From: Ylistrum balloti
Taxonomy: Eukaryota
Assembly: GCF_031769215.1 (NCBI RefSeq)
Contig: NW_026782699.1
Span: forward strand, 124,001 to 188,000
Length of the DNA stretch: 64,000 nucleotides
Direction of reading: 5' to 3'
The notes under the pieces were generated by a model that saw only the letters and a list, made by a program, of their open reading frames with translations, searched no databases and was not told the DNA's origin. Of the stretch, positions 49,401 through 63,841 are shown piece by piece (position 1 is the first letter of the stretch; each line of letters opens with the position of its first letter). Both the position numbers and the translations under genes were made by a program.

Positions 49401-52400
49401 GTCCAATCTTACACAGATTGGTTTTCTTTTAATGCATACAGAGAAACATTACTTCCTTTTCTAGTTAACAAAACTCTGATGATATATATCTATATGTGAT
49501 ACTGATGGCATAAGTGAACAAGTTAATTCTAATAACAATCAAATTTTTATCAATAGCACTGTCTAATTCAAATATTGACATACAGCTAATGGATATTGGG
49601 TTGTTCACAGAACCTACCTTAAATGTTATAAACACCTCCTGCTGGCCTACCGGCATTCTCACTGTCTGACCATCCTCAACACCTGTCACAATTTAAATTT
49701 TCACATTGAAATTGATCTCTCTCTGCTTAATTATGATAATTAAATCTAAAAATGATAATTCAAACTATGTACAGATGTTACATGATTTGATATACAGCAT
49801 TTGTAATAAGGTACTGCAACCTTATACCTAAATAAAAACTCCTATTAAAGTCACTCCTATTCATCATGCTTTATAATTCATGAAACAACATTATTTCACA
49901 CTATGTAACACAGGAGTTAAGCTCTGACAAGATGTAGAAGTTATCGTTCATTAATGAAGTCCAATCCTTAAGAATCTGCAGTTGATACAGTAAACCTTTA
50001 AAAGAAGCATATCACTGACCAAAGTACTCAATTAAGTCTGTATTACCTACCTGCAGGAACAGGAACAATTACTTTCTTTCGCAGTACAATCTTTCCTTTG
50101 CCGTGACAATCAAAACAAGGCTTGCTTATAACTGTTCGCTTGCCCATACAGCGTCGACACGTTGACCTCATGATGAAGGGACCCGTGTTTATTGTTTCCT
50201 GCCACACAAATGATATTTCCACAATTAACAATGAGTTTTTAAAGGACCTAACCATAAAATTGCGTTATCATTATAGTAAATAAATGCTACTGATCAACAT
50301 TGACACTCGCAAAGCATTCAAAGAAAGAAGTCAGTCACAGAAAGTTCAAAATCTTTGGCAGCAGAACTAGTCCATCATACGAATAAAAAGTAATTTTATC
50401 AAAACTCAGACTGGTTTTATAGTGAAACAATTAAAAGGGGATACCCTACCATTCCAGTGCCGTTACACTGAGTACAGCTTTCAATCTTAGAGCCAGGTTC
50501 AGCCTTGCGACCATTACACCTCGGACAAGTGTCTGTGACATTCAAGTGTATTTGTTTATTACAGCCCCGCACAGCTTCTAGGAATGTTAGGTCCATAAGT
50601 ACCTTCAAAAATCAAAATCATACAGCTACATTCAACATTAAATTCATAGTCAAGACAGTGTTTAACATCAACAAATTATATCTATAATCAGAATTAACTG
50701 AAATGTAAAATTAAGTTGAAATGCTGGGCAGGTGAGACTGCAATCCAGGAAAGTAAATTGTAGGGACACTTGTCATAAGAATGAAACATAAACGATACCC
50801 TACAAGTGTTGAAAAGGAAAAGCAGATGAACAAGCAGCTATCGTACAATTGTCATTACGATCAGCCTGTAATGATGTGAAGTATTTGTCAGATGATGTCA
50901 AGTAAGATATTCACAAACCTCTGATGCTGGTGCAAATCCATATTTAGATTCTTCATAGTCATTGTTTCCACTAAAGCCTTTTCCAAAAATGTCACCAAAT
51001 ATATTACGAAAGAGTTCTTCAGGATTAGTTCCGGAAAAATCTGAAGAGAAACATAGTTCACACAAAAGTTTTAGAAATTGAAACATAAGAGATCTTCAAA
51101 CATCTGATACTGCGGACTACGGTCTACAACTAAATATATACCTAATATTTACTATTATTGTCAACAGGTTGACAAATGTGATGCAGTTTCTTTTTGTTTT
51201 TGTTATGCAGAAGCGTCATAAATAATACGATACGTTTTGACAGAAGTAAGAACGTATCAATAAAAGATGAGTATGTAGTTTTAATTCATTTTATTTCATT
51301 TCTATTGCCTGGTAATGACACATATCTTCTTACAACAAGCCTAACCTAGACATCTGAACTTTGGATAAGGAAATCACTTAAAAAGTAAGAACTTTGGTGA
51401 GAAAGCATTAAATCAAGACACAACAAGTACAAATATATACCCTATAGAAAAACAGTTTTCTATTTATGACCAATTTTAACCATTGCCTTGTTGGAGCACT
51501 CCGATCAAAGACATTCAGACATTTTTAAACATTTCTTTGATGGTAACAGAACTTTCTGTTCTCAATCTAGATGTGGTAGTTTAGAAAACTTACCTTGGAA
51601 GCCCCCTTGTCCAAACCCTGCTCCCGGATGTGCTCCACCACCTCCTGCACTACCCGTAGTCCCAAATGCATCATATTGCCTCTTTTTGCCTTCATCACTT
51701 AAAACCTGTTTGAAATTACAAATTTTTAAAGATTGATTCCAGCATACAAATAACACTTTTTACTGTCACAATACTACAATATTCTTCATCACTGACCTTA
51801 ACTATAGACTTATCAAATCAATGAAGTGGAAAATGGATGCAAAATACTTCAGGGATATCATTACAATCAATGTGTTTCAATGGGTTGAAACTGTCATTAA
51901 CTACCATCTTTACCTCATGTACACTGGGGTGTCAACTGAATCAGACTGTTGTGTTGCATTTCATCTTAGATACATATTCTGGAAGACTACATCTTTTCAA
52001 TTCATTCTAAATATGATCATTTGGCCAATGTTAAGCATATGGAGTTCAACAAATGTCTAAAATTTACCTCGTATGCTTCAGATACCTCCTGAAACTTGGC
52101 TGCAGCATTAGTGTCATTTTTGTTCACATCTGGATGATATTTCTTGGCAAGCTAGAAACAGATGACACATAATTTACCTTTTTTTTTTTTTAATTTTCCA
52201 AAGGTTGGTGAAGAAACAATAAAACAAGCTGATTTTTCTTGGTTATAAACCTATGAATCAACTCAACTAACAACTAGCTAGCCATGAAAACCATCAGTCA
52301 ACTTGGCTTTCATTCCTTATTTTAAATTTAGCTGGATAACCTTTTTATAACATTTTCATTGACACCAAATAAATTACAAATAAATTATCCAAAATGATTT

Positions 52401-54638
52401 AAACAAAAATACACCATAGTATCCACCCGAAGACAAATGAAATTTCATTTCAAGGTAACATGATTAGTCTGTAAATTACACCAACTTTTAACTGACAACT
52501 TTGGTCTAGTGTCCCATTCAAACTGAAACAAGAACTGTCCCTTACTTGATAATATGCTTTTTTAATTTGTTTAGCATCAGCATTCTTCGGCACACCAAGC
52601 ACATCATAAAAATTTTTCTTCAACAACTGCGTACTTGTATGGAAGGGTCGAACTGATGCATACCCAATGACTGGAAAGAAAAAGGAATTGAAAAAAAATC
52701 ATGTCACCATATGTGAATCAGATCATAACAAGAAGTTGAAACCATCAACAACAGTGAATGCGAGACCTTAAAATCATGAATATATATTCAGTCACAAGTT
52801 GTTAAAGGATTCATGTATGAAAAACCCTGATTCCTGTGCATCAGCATTTTGATCCCAGCATTCTGATATCATTCCCTCAGTGGCCTCTCAAATGAGATTC
52901 AGTTAAATTTATGTATGACATATCAGGGCTGACATAGGTACAGAATTTTGGCTACAGTTACCCAAATTTAATGCACTACTTGTACCTAGGTACTTGACAT
53001 TATTTGACCCAACATAAATCACATATCAGTTGAGCAGGACAAATAACTCAGGAGATATGATAAAATCAATGCTATGAACTATGCTTCATAATGACATGGA
53101 CAGTATAATTCAAATTGTATCACATAACAATATACCATTGTATTTGGCTACGAATGTTGTGTCTTAACAACACGAATCTTAAAACATGCGTAACAAGAAG
53201 TGACTGCATTCAGACAGCCTCCTTAGTAAATGTTTTAGTTACACAGATTCCACATGGACGAGTCTTAGGATATCAATAAAATTTGGTATTGAGAAAACAA
53301 AATTACAATGCTAGTTGATAACTATTGCATGTGAACATATTACGAACAGATAAATGTACTACTTCTCATTTTTTTTCTATTGAAACAGAAATATATTCCT
53401 ATCCATCTGCATGTGCAAATCTGTCAGCTCTCTAGATACTTCTTGAGGGATTTTAATCAAACTTTCCACACTTATGTAGGACCATAATATTGCAGAAGGC
53501 TTTGAGTTTCAAAGTTGTTTCAAATCAAGGTCACTATTACCACTTTCCAGAAAATTCTTGTTGGTGTTCCATTCCTTGAAGGATATATTCAAACTTTACA
53601 TGCTCAGAAACAATCTGAATAATAAGGATGAATGGCCATGTCAAGGTCATAGCTTCATTCCTTGAGGAGTTTCAATCAATTCAAATAATACTTGCTAGAG
53701 GGTGATGCATTATCATTAAATAGATCACACTTGCCATCATAGTTGTTCCTCAAGGCTCCTTTATTTAACCTAATTCACAACTTTTTAGTCATTATTGAAA
53801 ACAGGTAATTCAGAAGGGACTGGCTTGTGGTTCAATTCAAATATTTAGGATGATCACATAGCACTGGTTCTATGCCTACCATACTGCTGTTTTGCAGACC
53901 ATCTCTTTGAGATTGCCATTCATTATTAGTATTGGTATTTCTTCTAATTCATTTGATTTACATTCTAATTTTAATAAGCGATGGAAATTTCAAATAATCA
54001 ATTTTCATTTGACTAACGATACGATGAGCTGGTGTTTGCGACAACAATGAGCAATTTCAAACAGTTAACCTTGCTAAAAGTGTGTAGTTACAAGCGTATG
54101 CGCATCATGTTTTCACGGCATTGATGAAGAAATATTGTGGGTATGTGCAACAGTTACCAATACACGTGATTGTGCTCAACTGTCATCGTTAAATCATGGG
54201 TAGTTTAAACGACATAGAAATGGAAAGACTATTCTGATGAAATGACTGAGCCAGGCCGGCCAGGAGACATTTCAGTGATCAAGAATCAATTCAATCTCAG
54301 CGTTCCGCTTCGGAAGGAGTTAAGATGTCCGGGGTTAAAACACCAATTTGCTCCCGATTTATTTTGCAACGAGAAGACCTACGACATTTCAGGAGTTATC
54401 GCGGCTTGACAGACGAGCACGTGTTTCAAGGACACTACTGGTTGTTCATGACGTAATGAAGAATTTTACCATCGATGTCGATACGATGACCCGGGTACTT
54501 TGTCAGCAGCAAAACATGATGTCCTCTTGGCGACGAAACATCACTGCCGTATTTCTTCTGTGGATTATAAGATGTTAAAACACTCTTGTTGCAGTTCTTC
54601 TGCGTCAGACCGCAACATGCTCGCCTAATGGCAGCCAT
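46364..54638 (-). CDS. DNAJA3: DnaJ homolog subfamily A member 3, mitochondrial (Tid1), ~590 aa
   Basis: Exons 54638-54470, 52670-52546, 52151-52068, 51705-51594, 51040-50919, 50602-50450, 50198-50051, 49682-49618, 48637-48509, 48127-48012, 47590-47493, 47191-47111, 46734-46364. It has a presequence ending RPFHTS, a J-domain with HPD, a G/F region, four CxxCxG repeats (CPRCNG, CTQCNG, CRRCMG, CFDCHG) and [10 protein letters not shown]. The first and last exons are less certain. Confidence 0.92.
46385..46455. repeat. (CAT)n microsatellite encoding poly-Asp in the last DNAJA3 exon
   Basis: CATCAT array on the + strand; the - strand reads [21 protein letters not shown]. Confidence 0.9.
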
Positions 54639-54639
54639 T

Positions 54640-55000
54640 TTCTTTTTCTTGTAGGACCCGAAAGGTGTTACTGTTCCGTTGTGAAAGTATATCTTATATC
54701 ATATCTCCTCCTTGAACGAATCATTTCGTACATAAATGAATTTTGATACATGTTTCTACTTTTCCTGAAAACAGTTTGAAATCCCTCTCTGAAAGAGAAT
54801 TTAATAAAAGATGAATTCTGATTTCGAAAACAAGATTAAGGGACATTCGTGCCTCAATCATACATAGGAAATCTCGCGTTATTTCCTTGACCGGAAACTT
54901 CAAAATCAGCTGGAAGTCATCTGCCACTTCCTACTTTCCGTTCCCACCAAGAACTGTCAAACATATTTTGAGGAAGGTATAGCTGATTAGGTCTTTTATA
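54640..55000. promoter_or_regulatory. Putative bidirectional promoter of DNAJA3/CORO7
   Basis: Short interval between divergent genes with ETS-like CCGGAAA (~54891), CACTTCC and TTTCCG motifs. A candidate donor for a non-coding CORO7 exon lies near 54976 and the acceptor at 55778. TSS positions are inferred. Confidence 0.4.
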
Positions 55001-55792
55001 TACTTGATAGTGAAACAAAACATAGTACATATCGATCATTAACTGTCAATGTGTTTGGTTTTCGCTGACTTATCCGTCAAAATAGGTTTGGACCCGCCCC
55101 CTCACTGTCAAGTTCCAAGTGCAATTATTAACAACATAATTTTGAGGTTGTGAACCAAAAGGGCTCTGGTACGGTAAGATGCAGTAAATAAGGAGATCTG
55201 CTATATTAACTTGCATATATTTGCATGCCCATATACACTCTTCTATCTTTTGATTATTCAAGCCGAAATTGTATTACGAAAAGGCAAAAGTATGAAAAGA
55301 ACAAAGAAGCAGACCTCTACAGAAGTGTTTTGTATCGAACATTTATTTGTAGGTTTCATTGCTTTATTTGGAGTGTAGTAAGATATCCTAATGCAAGCAA
55401 TATCTTACACAGTTATTTGCTTATAATTGATTGCTTTATTGATTTAGATGGAGAAGTATCATGTTTACGTCTGTAGTCCAAGATATGTAGTAAAGTATCA
55501 TGACCTCTGACATATTTTAATTTTCAAAACAATTTGTTATATACAGTCAGCTGTGATCTCTCACAATAAAGCTAGTCAGACACTGAAGCTCTGCTATGTC
55601 TGGATATTATGGTTATTATATTACTTTTCATGAAAGCATTGCATATATTCAGTTCTGTTATGATATTCTATTAAATGAAGGTGAGAAATTTATGCTCTCT
55701 GGTAATGAGATGGACAGTTAATTTTGATTTCAGTTAAAATCTTATTTTGAATTATAGCAATCTTGTAATTTTTAACAGGTAAAGCTGGAAAT

Positions 55793-58700
55793 ATGGCGTG
55801 GCGTTTCAAGACTTCAAAGTATAAAAATGCAGCCGCTAAATTTCCAAAGCGAGAGGTATGTTATCATAAGGGAGTGAAAGTACAATTGTAATAGCTCTAA
55901 TTCAATGTTTAATTTGACATCAATTGTTCTCATGAAAATCAAAGAGAAATGGCCAGCTCAAAATGTGGAGATTTGCTGGTACATGTACATGTGTATAAAA
56001 AGGTCATCCTTGGTTAGCAAGAGTAGTCTGTTGAAAAGCTGTAATATTGGACTTAAAACCTGTTAAATAAATAGATATGTACCAGGGTAGATATTTGTTA
56101 AACAGATATAAGCACAGAAAGAGCATTCAACAGCTATAAACACACACAGTATGTTCTTCTATGGAAAAAATATACAAACGGTTTCCAGACAAATAGATCA
56201 CACCATGTATATTATGGTCTTATATAAGTAGTTGATTGAAAGGAACAAATAAGCTGCTAGTTGCTAACTGGAGGCATATTCACTCTGTACCAATTAGCAG
56301 AAGAAAATATTTGAACCTAACACAATTAATAATTTCATTGCATTCCAATTATTTTTATGTACTACATTCATTGGTCCTACTTTTTTGTTTGGTTGCATAA
56401 ATAGCTGTATAAATAATCTAAAATCCCAATCTTTATCAAGGGAGACAAATCATGTTGATGGTAGATCTGTAACAGAAAGTTGAAACATACAGGTGTAATC
56501 ACTTTACTGAATAGTATTTCCAGTAGAGAAAATAGATGAAACTTTTGAATAAGGAATGTTGTTTATTTTACAGGAATGGATACCAGAGTTATCCGTAGGA
56601 AATTTGATGCATTCCTGCGGCAATCATATCAAAGCCAGTGGCGCCTTCATGGCTTTCAACACTATAAATACAGGTATTGTAGTAAACACTCTGTTGATGA
56701 ATTAATTTCACAAGATAGGATGTGCTGTTTTTCAGCTTTTCTTTTTATCAAAAGTAAATTGGGCAGATCTGTTGAATATTTTTCAGAAAACCTGGTCTGA
56801 TTTCGCGTTGCTAAATATTTTGCAAAATATATACCAGGCAGTCGTTTTCTTTAGACATAAACAGTTATTATTGCCAGAAGAACAATGGAAGAGAGACAAA
56901 CTTGCAGATTTTATCTTAATGTTATTTGTTGCCGCTGTGTAGGGATCAAATCACTTTCAGAAGTACTGATGAAACTCTGTCAGTAAAACTAATTAGTACC
57001 AATCAAAACAATGAAGTTCTTATTAGCAAATCATGGCAAAGAAATTCAAACAGAGGCTGCATTGATCAAGTGGTGAGGGTCTCTGACCGTCTTTATCACT
57101 AACCTGCTACCTCTGGGAACTCCAGCCTTCTTCCATCCTGGCTGTCACTAAATGACCCTGGCTGTTAAAAGTAAAATGATGATAAACCAAACCAAAATTC
57201 AGACATTTAAACATCGGTTTGAGAAAATGTAGGTCTATTCCTGTTACTATTGTCTTCACTCATTGGTGGTATCTTATTTTTCAAAGCTAGAGCTGAAGGT
57301 CTGAAAAAAGGGCTATGTGTAATAATCCATGTATACAATATGTTCATAGCATCAATATATTATATAATTTTTATCTATAGACACATAATTCAGGATTGTT
57401 GTCTTTTTCAGGTGGTGGTAGTTTAGGTATACTGCCTGTAAGTACATCAGGACGACTGTCGAATGGTTTGCCACAACTTCCAGCGCATGGTGGTCAGTGA
57501 TAGCTGTGTGTGATTCTGTATGGTTGTATGTGGGGCCTCTAAGATCAGTTATATGTGGTGATATATTGTGATAGATTTCATGATAACTACATTCATTTAT
57601 CGTTAGTTTGTATAATTCATATCTATATTGGAGTTAGCGGAGTTTGTTATTGGTCCTGTTTTAAATAAACACTGCCAATAGTAATACTGTTAAATACAGT
57701 AATACAGTAACATCATTACCATTATCATCTTAACCCAGAAATACACTTTTATCCATATATTTATGGTTTTAATTTTCTCTCTTTGCTTTCAATAATTTGT
57801 TAAAGTTAAAATTCTCAAAGGAGTTAATTTAATCATTATTATTTGGTTTGGAAGAATTTTTGACCTGTCCCCATCTCCTGTCACTAATTCCCACGATTTC
57901 AGAGGTCAACACGCAAGAGTTCTAAGATACGAACCGCTGTTTCATTATCTGATCAAAATGTCAACAATATTGGGTTGTTATTTTATTTTAATCAAATTAG
58001 TTAGAAAATAGAATTCTATATGTGTCCATGAACTTTTCAAACCACCAATCAAAATGCAACGTTACATCGAAACAAAGACCTGATATTAAATTATTGTGCA
58101 TCGCTTCAATTCACTTGTACTCTACTGATAATATCAAAATATAAAGTTCAATTACAGTCTGTAGATATCTACAAGGTGTATATTATCTGTTCACCAAAGA
58201 CTGTAGTTATTGACAAATACAGCAAAAAATTCTATCACAGGATGGTGTGAACATCATTTCTTGAAATCAGTCTTACTAAGAATCAATATCACCCCGCCTC
58301 CTTTTTCTTCTGCAAGCGTTTTTGATAAGAGAATTCTAATGCCTTGTACTTGGTACACTATGTATTGTGAATTAATACTGTGTAATATTGATATATCACC
58401 TTCATGTAACTTGGTGTTGTAATGATATTTCATTGCTTTTGCTGTTAAATTCTCTTTTGCATGGGAAATACACACTTAACATAGTTTCTTTAAATTCTAG
58501 ACTTCCTAAATTTTCTTTAAATTCAAGACTTCTCTAAATTTTCTTTAAATTCAAGACTTCCTAAATTTTCTTTAAATTCAAGACTTCTCTAAATTTTCTT
58601 TAAATTCTAGACTTCCTAAATTTTCCCAAACAATAGCAATAACTAACCTAGACTTCAAATGTTTCAAGATTTAAAAAATGTTTCTTCTAAGTACACCTGA

Positions 58701-61700
58701 AAGCCTAAAAGGATGATACTGTGAAAGGTTCTTAATAAAGAAGACCCTTTACCATACAATTCTTTAAGATCATGTAAGTGGAGCAAAATTCATTCTACAG
58801 GTTATTTGAAAACATCTTCCAAATAACTTTTTAACTTCAGTAGACATTACCAGTGAGCCTTGTTTGAAACATTGTAGTTCTGACGTAAAATCATTTAAAA
58901 TCCTAGTAAATGTAAACTTTGTTTTGATATTTTTATTATTATTATTTTTTTCTGTTTTTTTTTTCTCACTTGTCTGGATGTATATATATTTCTAATTATA
59001 CACACTTATCTAACAATATGATGGGAAAACAGCCTGTATACATAAGGTGTTTACACCAGACACTTCCTACATGTCGCCAGAATACTTGACGTTCATTGAT
59101 GAGACAACATGTAGAAATAGGAGGAGTCAAAGAGATGAAAACCTGTAACCATCCAACCAACCGACCAATCAAATACTTCCTTACATTTATGTTAAACCTT
59201 ATTGTGATCCAGCTGGTTAGCTCTAATTCAAACACGTTATAGGGTCAAACAAACACTAACCAGGAATGGTTTTATTTTGTGAGAGTTTTTCTGTGTCACC
59301 ATTATCTACTAGTTGGATGTTGAGTGCAGTGTCTCACCTTATTATATTTATTTACATGTGTTTTTATATAACTTTGAAATCTCACCACTGAGCCACCTTT
59401 GTGAGTGTATCACTCTGCTATAGGTGTAATACTCTGTTAGCCTGATTTATGTTGTGTAGAAATGATGCAGTGGGGGGAGGGGTGCTATGATTTCATTTGA
59501 AAGACTTTTGGTTTTTTTTGGGACTCAGATATTTGAATCAATCTTTTCCTGTGGGACTCAATCATATTTTGAGAACCAACTATATCTCTTAGTATCTCTT
59601 TGGACTCATCAAAATTTTGAAACTGGTGTTCTGGGCTTGCCTAAATAAATCCTACAAAAATTACTGTACTATTTTCTGATATATATTTCATCATATTTGT
59701 TCTAAGATTTATTTACTTTGAGTGTGCATACTTTTTAGACATGTTAGACTTTACTAAAGTTTTCTCAAAAACCAGAAAGATTGATAGCTAGGAATGTTAG
59801 ACAATATATGCAAGTGTGCTTTATATTTGCATGTATGTATTTCTGGTTTGTATTTGTAAAATGCATAATTCTCCACTGATACTGTATTTAAGGTCTGCTT
59901 TTATAGTAAACAGTTACTTGTTCTGTTTCTTCAGGTTTTTGAAAACTATTTATAGTGTAAAATGATCAGAATAAATATCAACATGTTTAATCTTCCATGA
60001 ATACTTTGATAGACAATATGTAATCATGAGTATGCGAAAAATGTTCAGTGATGTTCAGCATGGAAAAGTTAAATTTTCTGTAGACTAAGATTATATTGTT
60101 TTATCATCCACTGTGATGAACCTCTCTATCTATCACTTTACAGTTTACACATAGATTTAATGATAAAATGTTGTGGAGATTCCTGTACTTTTATTTTACT
60201 GTTATATTCCAGATTACATAACAGATTTTGAGTTTTCTCCCTTTGATGACTACGTTTTAGCGACAGGATCTAATGATACAAATGTGAGTGTAAATTGTTG
60301 TTACAAGTTGTTTAGTTTCACTCTGTTGTGATAACACAGAATAAACAATAACTTACGTTTAAATTTTCTCACTTGAGACTAAAATGAATGAATTTACTGA
60401 TTTACCAAATCATTCATGCTTAATTATGCTAGAACAATGAACTGTTTCTGGCTTTGTGAATTAGCTAAGTAAATTTTCATCCATTTTTTATGTCTAATTG
60501 ACCATTTTGGGGTTTCTTTTGGCTTAAACAGTTTCTAGTTCTTATACAAGGATATTTGGTCATACTTGAATTCCTGCCAGTGGATAAGAATAAATACATA
60601 CATTTGTAAACCTCGTCAGGGTCTTGACCTTTTGACCTTTTCTACTTTCAAAGACGAACTTTAAAACCTTTATCCTTTGTCTAATATAACAGTAGCTTAC
60701 CATATGACCTTCTCCTTCTCCATCATAACCTTTAACCTTTACATAGCATTTTGATCTACACGTAGATAAAGGTTTGATAATAATTTTGCAGTCTTCAGGA
60801 TTTGATGATATAATTATTATGACCTTGTAAAGCACTTGATATTTGACACCTTAATAGAGAGATATGACCTTTCTCAACTTTAACCTGTGACCTATATCAA
60901 CAGATAAAGGTATGGGTGTTGCCGAAGCAGGAAGACATTTATACGAGTGCCTTATCTGACATTAATGCCTCCATGTCATTTCCCAATGAGAAGCGAGTGG
61001 AAAATGTGACATGGAACCCTGTAGCTGATGGAGTGCTTGCTGCGACTGTTTTTGATACAGTTAAAGTGTATGATGTGGAAAGGGGAGATAACAAATATGG
61101 TAATGCCAGCACAACAACATCGCTATCTTTTAGGTGCGGTGGTCTTAGTGATCAGTAAGAATTATAGATTTACAAAATTATTTGACGGTGAAATAATTAT
61201 ATAATAGCAATATATATATATGCTGAAGTAGTTAAAGACATGTAATGCAAAGTAACATTAATTCTGTAAACACATATAATACCATCGTATCCATACAAAG
61301 ATAGTGGCTATTTAGTTAGCTCAAGGTATTCCCAAATCTATATAATATACATGGACATAGGTAGGGCATATTCTCTTCTGCAATATCACAAAATTTTAGT
61401 GAAGCATTTTCATTTTAATTTCCTTTTAAATTTTTTTAATTGATATTAAAGAAATAGGGTTCTGGTACCAAGTTAAGGATATTGATACAACTCTGTCTAC
61501 CTAAGTGATATTGATTTGACAATATTTTTTTTTTTAGCTTTTGGTTGCCATGGTGACCAGATACAGAGTGTGAGTTGGCGGGGGAGTGGCACAACCCTTG
61601 TTACTTCCTGTAAAGACAAGAACCTCCGAATACTGGACCCACGCTCTGGAGGAAAAGTTCTGGTACATACAATGTGTTTTTTTCAAGTTTATCTTTTTGT

Positions 61701-63841
61701 AGAATAGCCCTAGATTTTTGTAATCGTTCATGGGGTTAAATTGGAAAAATTGTTATAAGGCCTTTTTAATATTACATTAGTCCAGAAAAAAATTAAGTAT
61801 TGTGTAGTAAGATGAAATGAATGACAACAATGCAGTCTCCATAAAACTGTTGGATACATTCTGTTAAATACTATCGCGTTCTACTTCATGATACATGTAT
61901 CAGAATTATATACCTGGCCATTTCCTGTACATCAATGTCTCTTAAAATCATCCCTTTCTGCTTCACTAGGCAGACTTTGAGAATACATTTACTGTACACC
62001 AGTGTCTCTTAAAACCATCCTCTGTTCTGCTTCACTAGGCAGACTTTGAGAATACATTTACTGTACACCAGTGTCTCTTAAAATCATCCTCTGTTCTGCT
62101 TCACTAGGCAGACTTTGAGAATACATTTACTGTACACCAGTGTCTCTTAAAATCATCCTCTGTTCTGCTTCACTAGGCAGACTTTGAGAATACATTTACT
62201 GTACACCAGTGTCTCTTAAAATCATCCTCTGTTCTGCTTCACTAGGCAGACTTTGAGAATACATTTACTGTACACCAGTGTCTCTTAAAATCATCCTCTG
62301 TTCTGCTTCACTAGGCAGACTTTGAGAATACATTTACTGTACACCAGTGTCTCTTAAAATCATCCTCTGTTCTGCTTCACTAGGCAGACTTTGAGAATAC
62401 ATTTACTGTACACCAGTGTCTCTTAAAATCATCCTCTGTTCTGCTTCACTAGACAGACTTTGAGAATACATTTACTGTACACCAGTGTCTCTTAAAATCA
62501 TCCTCTGTTCTGCTTCACTAGACAGACTTTGAGAATACATTTACTGTACACCAGTGTCTCTTAAAAATCATCCTCTGTTCTGCTTCACTAGACAGACTTC
62601 GAGAATACATTTACTGTGCACCAGCGTCTCTTAAAATCATCCTCTGTTCTGTTTCACTAGACAGACAGAGAATACTTTCACTTGAATATTCAGGATGCAC
62701 TGTAGCTATCAAAACTGTATTTTTTCTACAGAGTTTTGCATTGAGTATTGATAAGAAAAGTGGTTACAAAGGAAAGAAAAAAATAATAAATAATGACGGT
62801 ATGTATTTCTGTGCTTTCTGAACAGGAAGGTAAGGGACATGATGGGATTAAAGACTCACGGGTGCTGTGGCTTGGTGACAAAGATTTCCTTGTGTCCACA
62901 GGGTTCAACAGAGTAAGTTCTGAAGATTTTTTGTTTAGTAAAAATAGAACTCTTTATATACAGAAGATGATGCAATCTTTCTTCAACTAAAAAATATAAG
63001 ACTGATGAAAATTTGCAGTAGTAGTCTCTTTTTCCATTTACAAATGATGCAGAGAATATGTACTAGTGTTATGATTACCTACAAAGAGATATTGGTTTAA
63101 ACAATAAGATATTTACCATTTTTATGTTACTCAGTTCCATCATTCCAGAATTGTTCATAAGAATTCTTGAATATAGAAACAAGTTTTCCTCCAGTGATAT
63201 ACTTGCACTATATGTTAGTAACTGTATCATGGCTATATACCGAGACCTTGTCCTTTCATCGGTATCAAACCTTTCCAGACATAACCTCCTTTCTTTAACG
63301 TTACTTTATGTTATTATCTTAACTTTAGGACAGACGTCGTGAGGTTCGCCTTTGGGACAGTCGAAGCTTTGGATCCTCTCTACATTGTATAGATGTAGGA
63401 AATTCTACAGGGTGAATATTATTATCAGTTATTAATATCACACTTTTTTGTCATGTTTAGATATAAAGGCCAGGCCAGAGTAGTTTTAAACAATAAAACA
63501 CATAACTTTAACTTGGAATTAAAAAATGGAAACAATATTTACATGGAAAGCCAGAGCAGTTGATCGTGAATACAAACACGAAAATAGTTCTTCCAAGATA
63601 ATTTTTGCAAATAGCTTTTTGAAACCATGTCAAGTTGTTGAGCTGACCATTATTTTTAAAAAAAAAAGGCCAATTGTTTTATTAGAACTGAATATGGTCA
63701 CTGTAAAGTTAAATACTAATGATATGGTTGTTAGGAGTCACTTCGGGTAGATGAACATTTCTACATATTATATGTATTTTTTTCAGGACCATAATGCCTT
63801 TTTATGACAGAGATACAAGTATGCTGTTTTTTATTGGAAAG
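55793..63841 (+). CDS. CORO7: Coronin-7, 5' part (continues past the right edge)
   Basis: Exons 55793-55855, 56574-56673, 57412-57492, 60213-60283, 60904-61099, 61538-61662, 62826-62912, 63329-63411, 63787-63841. Translation: MAWRFKTSKYKN..EWIPEL..CGNHIKASGAFMAFN..ITDFEFSPFDDYVLATGS..WNPVADGVLA..HGDQIQSVSW..DSRVLWLG..VRLWDSR..IMPFYDRDT. The N-terminus (R..SK...NHIK) is CORO7-specific. Confidence 0.92.
58485..58627. repeat. ~27-28-bp minisatellite, ~5 copies
   Basis: Unit TTTCTTTAAATTC(T/A)AGACTTC(T)CTAAAT, in CORO7 intron 3. Confidence 0.9.
61925..62670. repeat. 69-bp minisatellite, ~10-11 near-identical copies
   Basis: Unit GTCTCTTAAAATCATCCTCTGTTCTGCTTCACTAGGCAGACTTTGAGAATACATTTACTGTACACCAGT (GAATACATTT at 61981 and 62050), in CORO7 intron 6. 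Confidence 0.97.

Noticed and set aside
54348-54578. Plus-strand ORF near the DNAJA3 start
   Set aside because: Antisense to DNAJA3 exon 1, with no motif or splice support.
58210-59235. ORFs in CORO7 intron 3 (one containing ITPPP, reminiscent of LINE endonuclease fragments)
   Set aside because: Too short and degenerate to call by eye; it would need a Dfam or tBLASTn hit.
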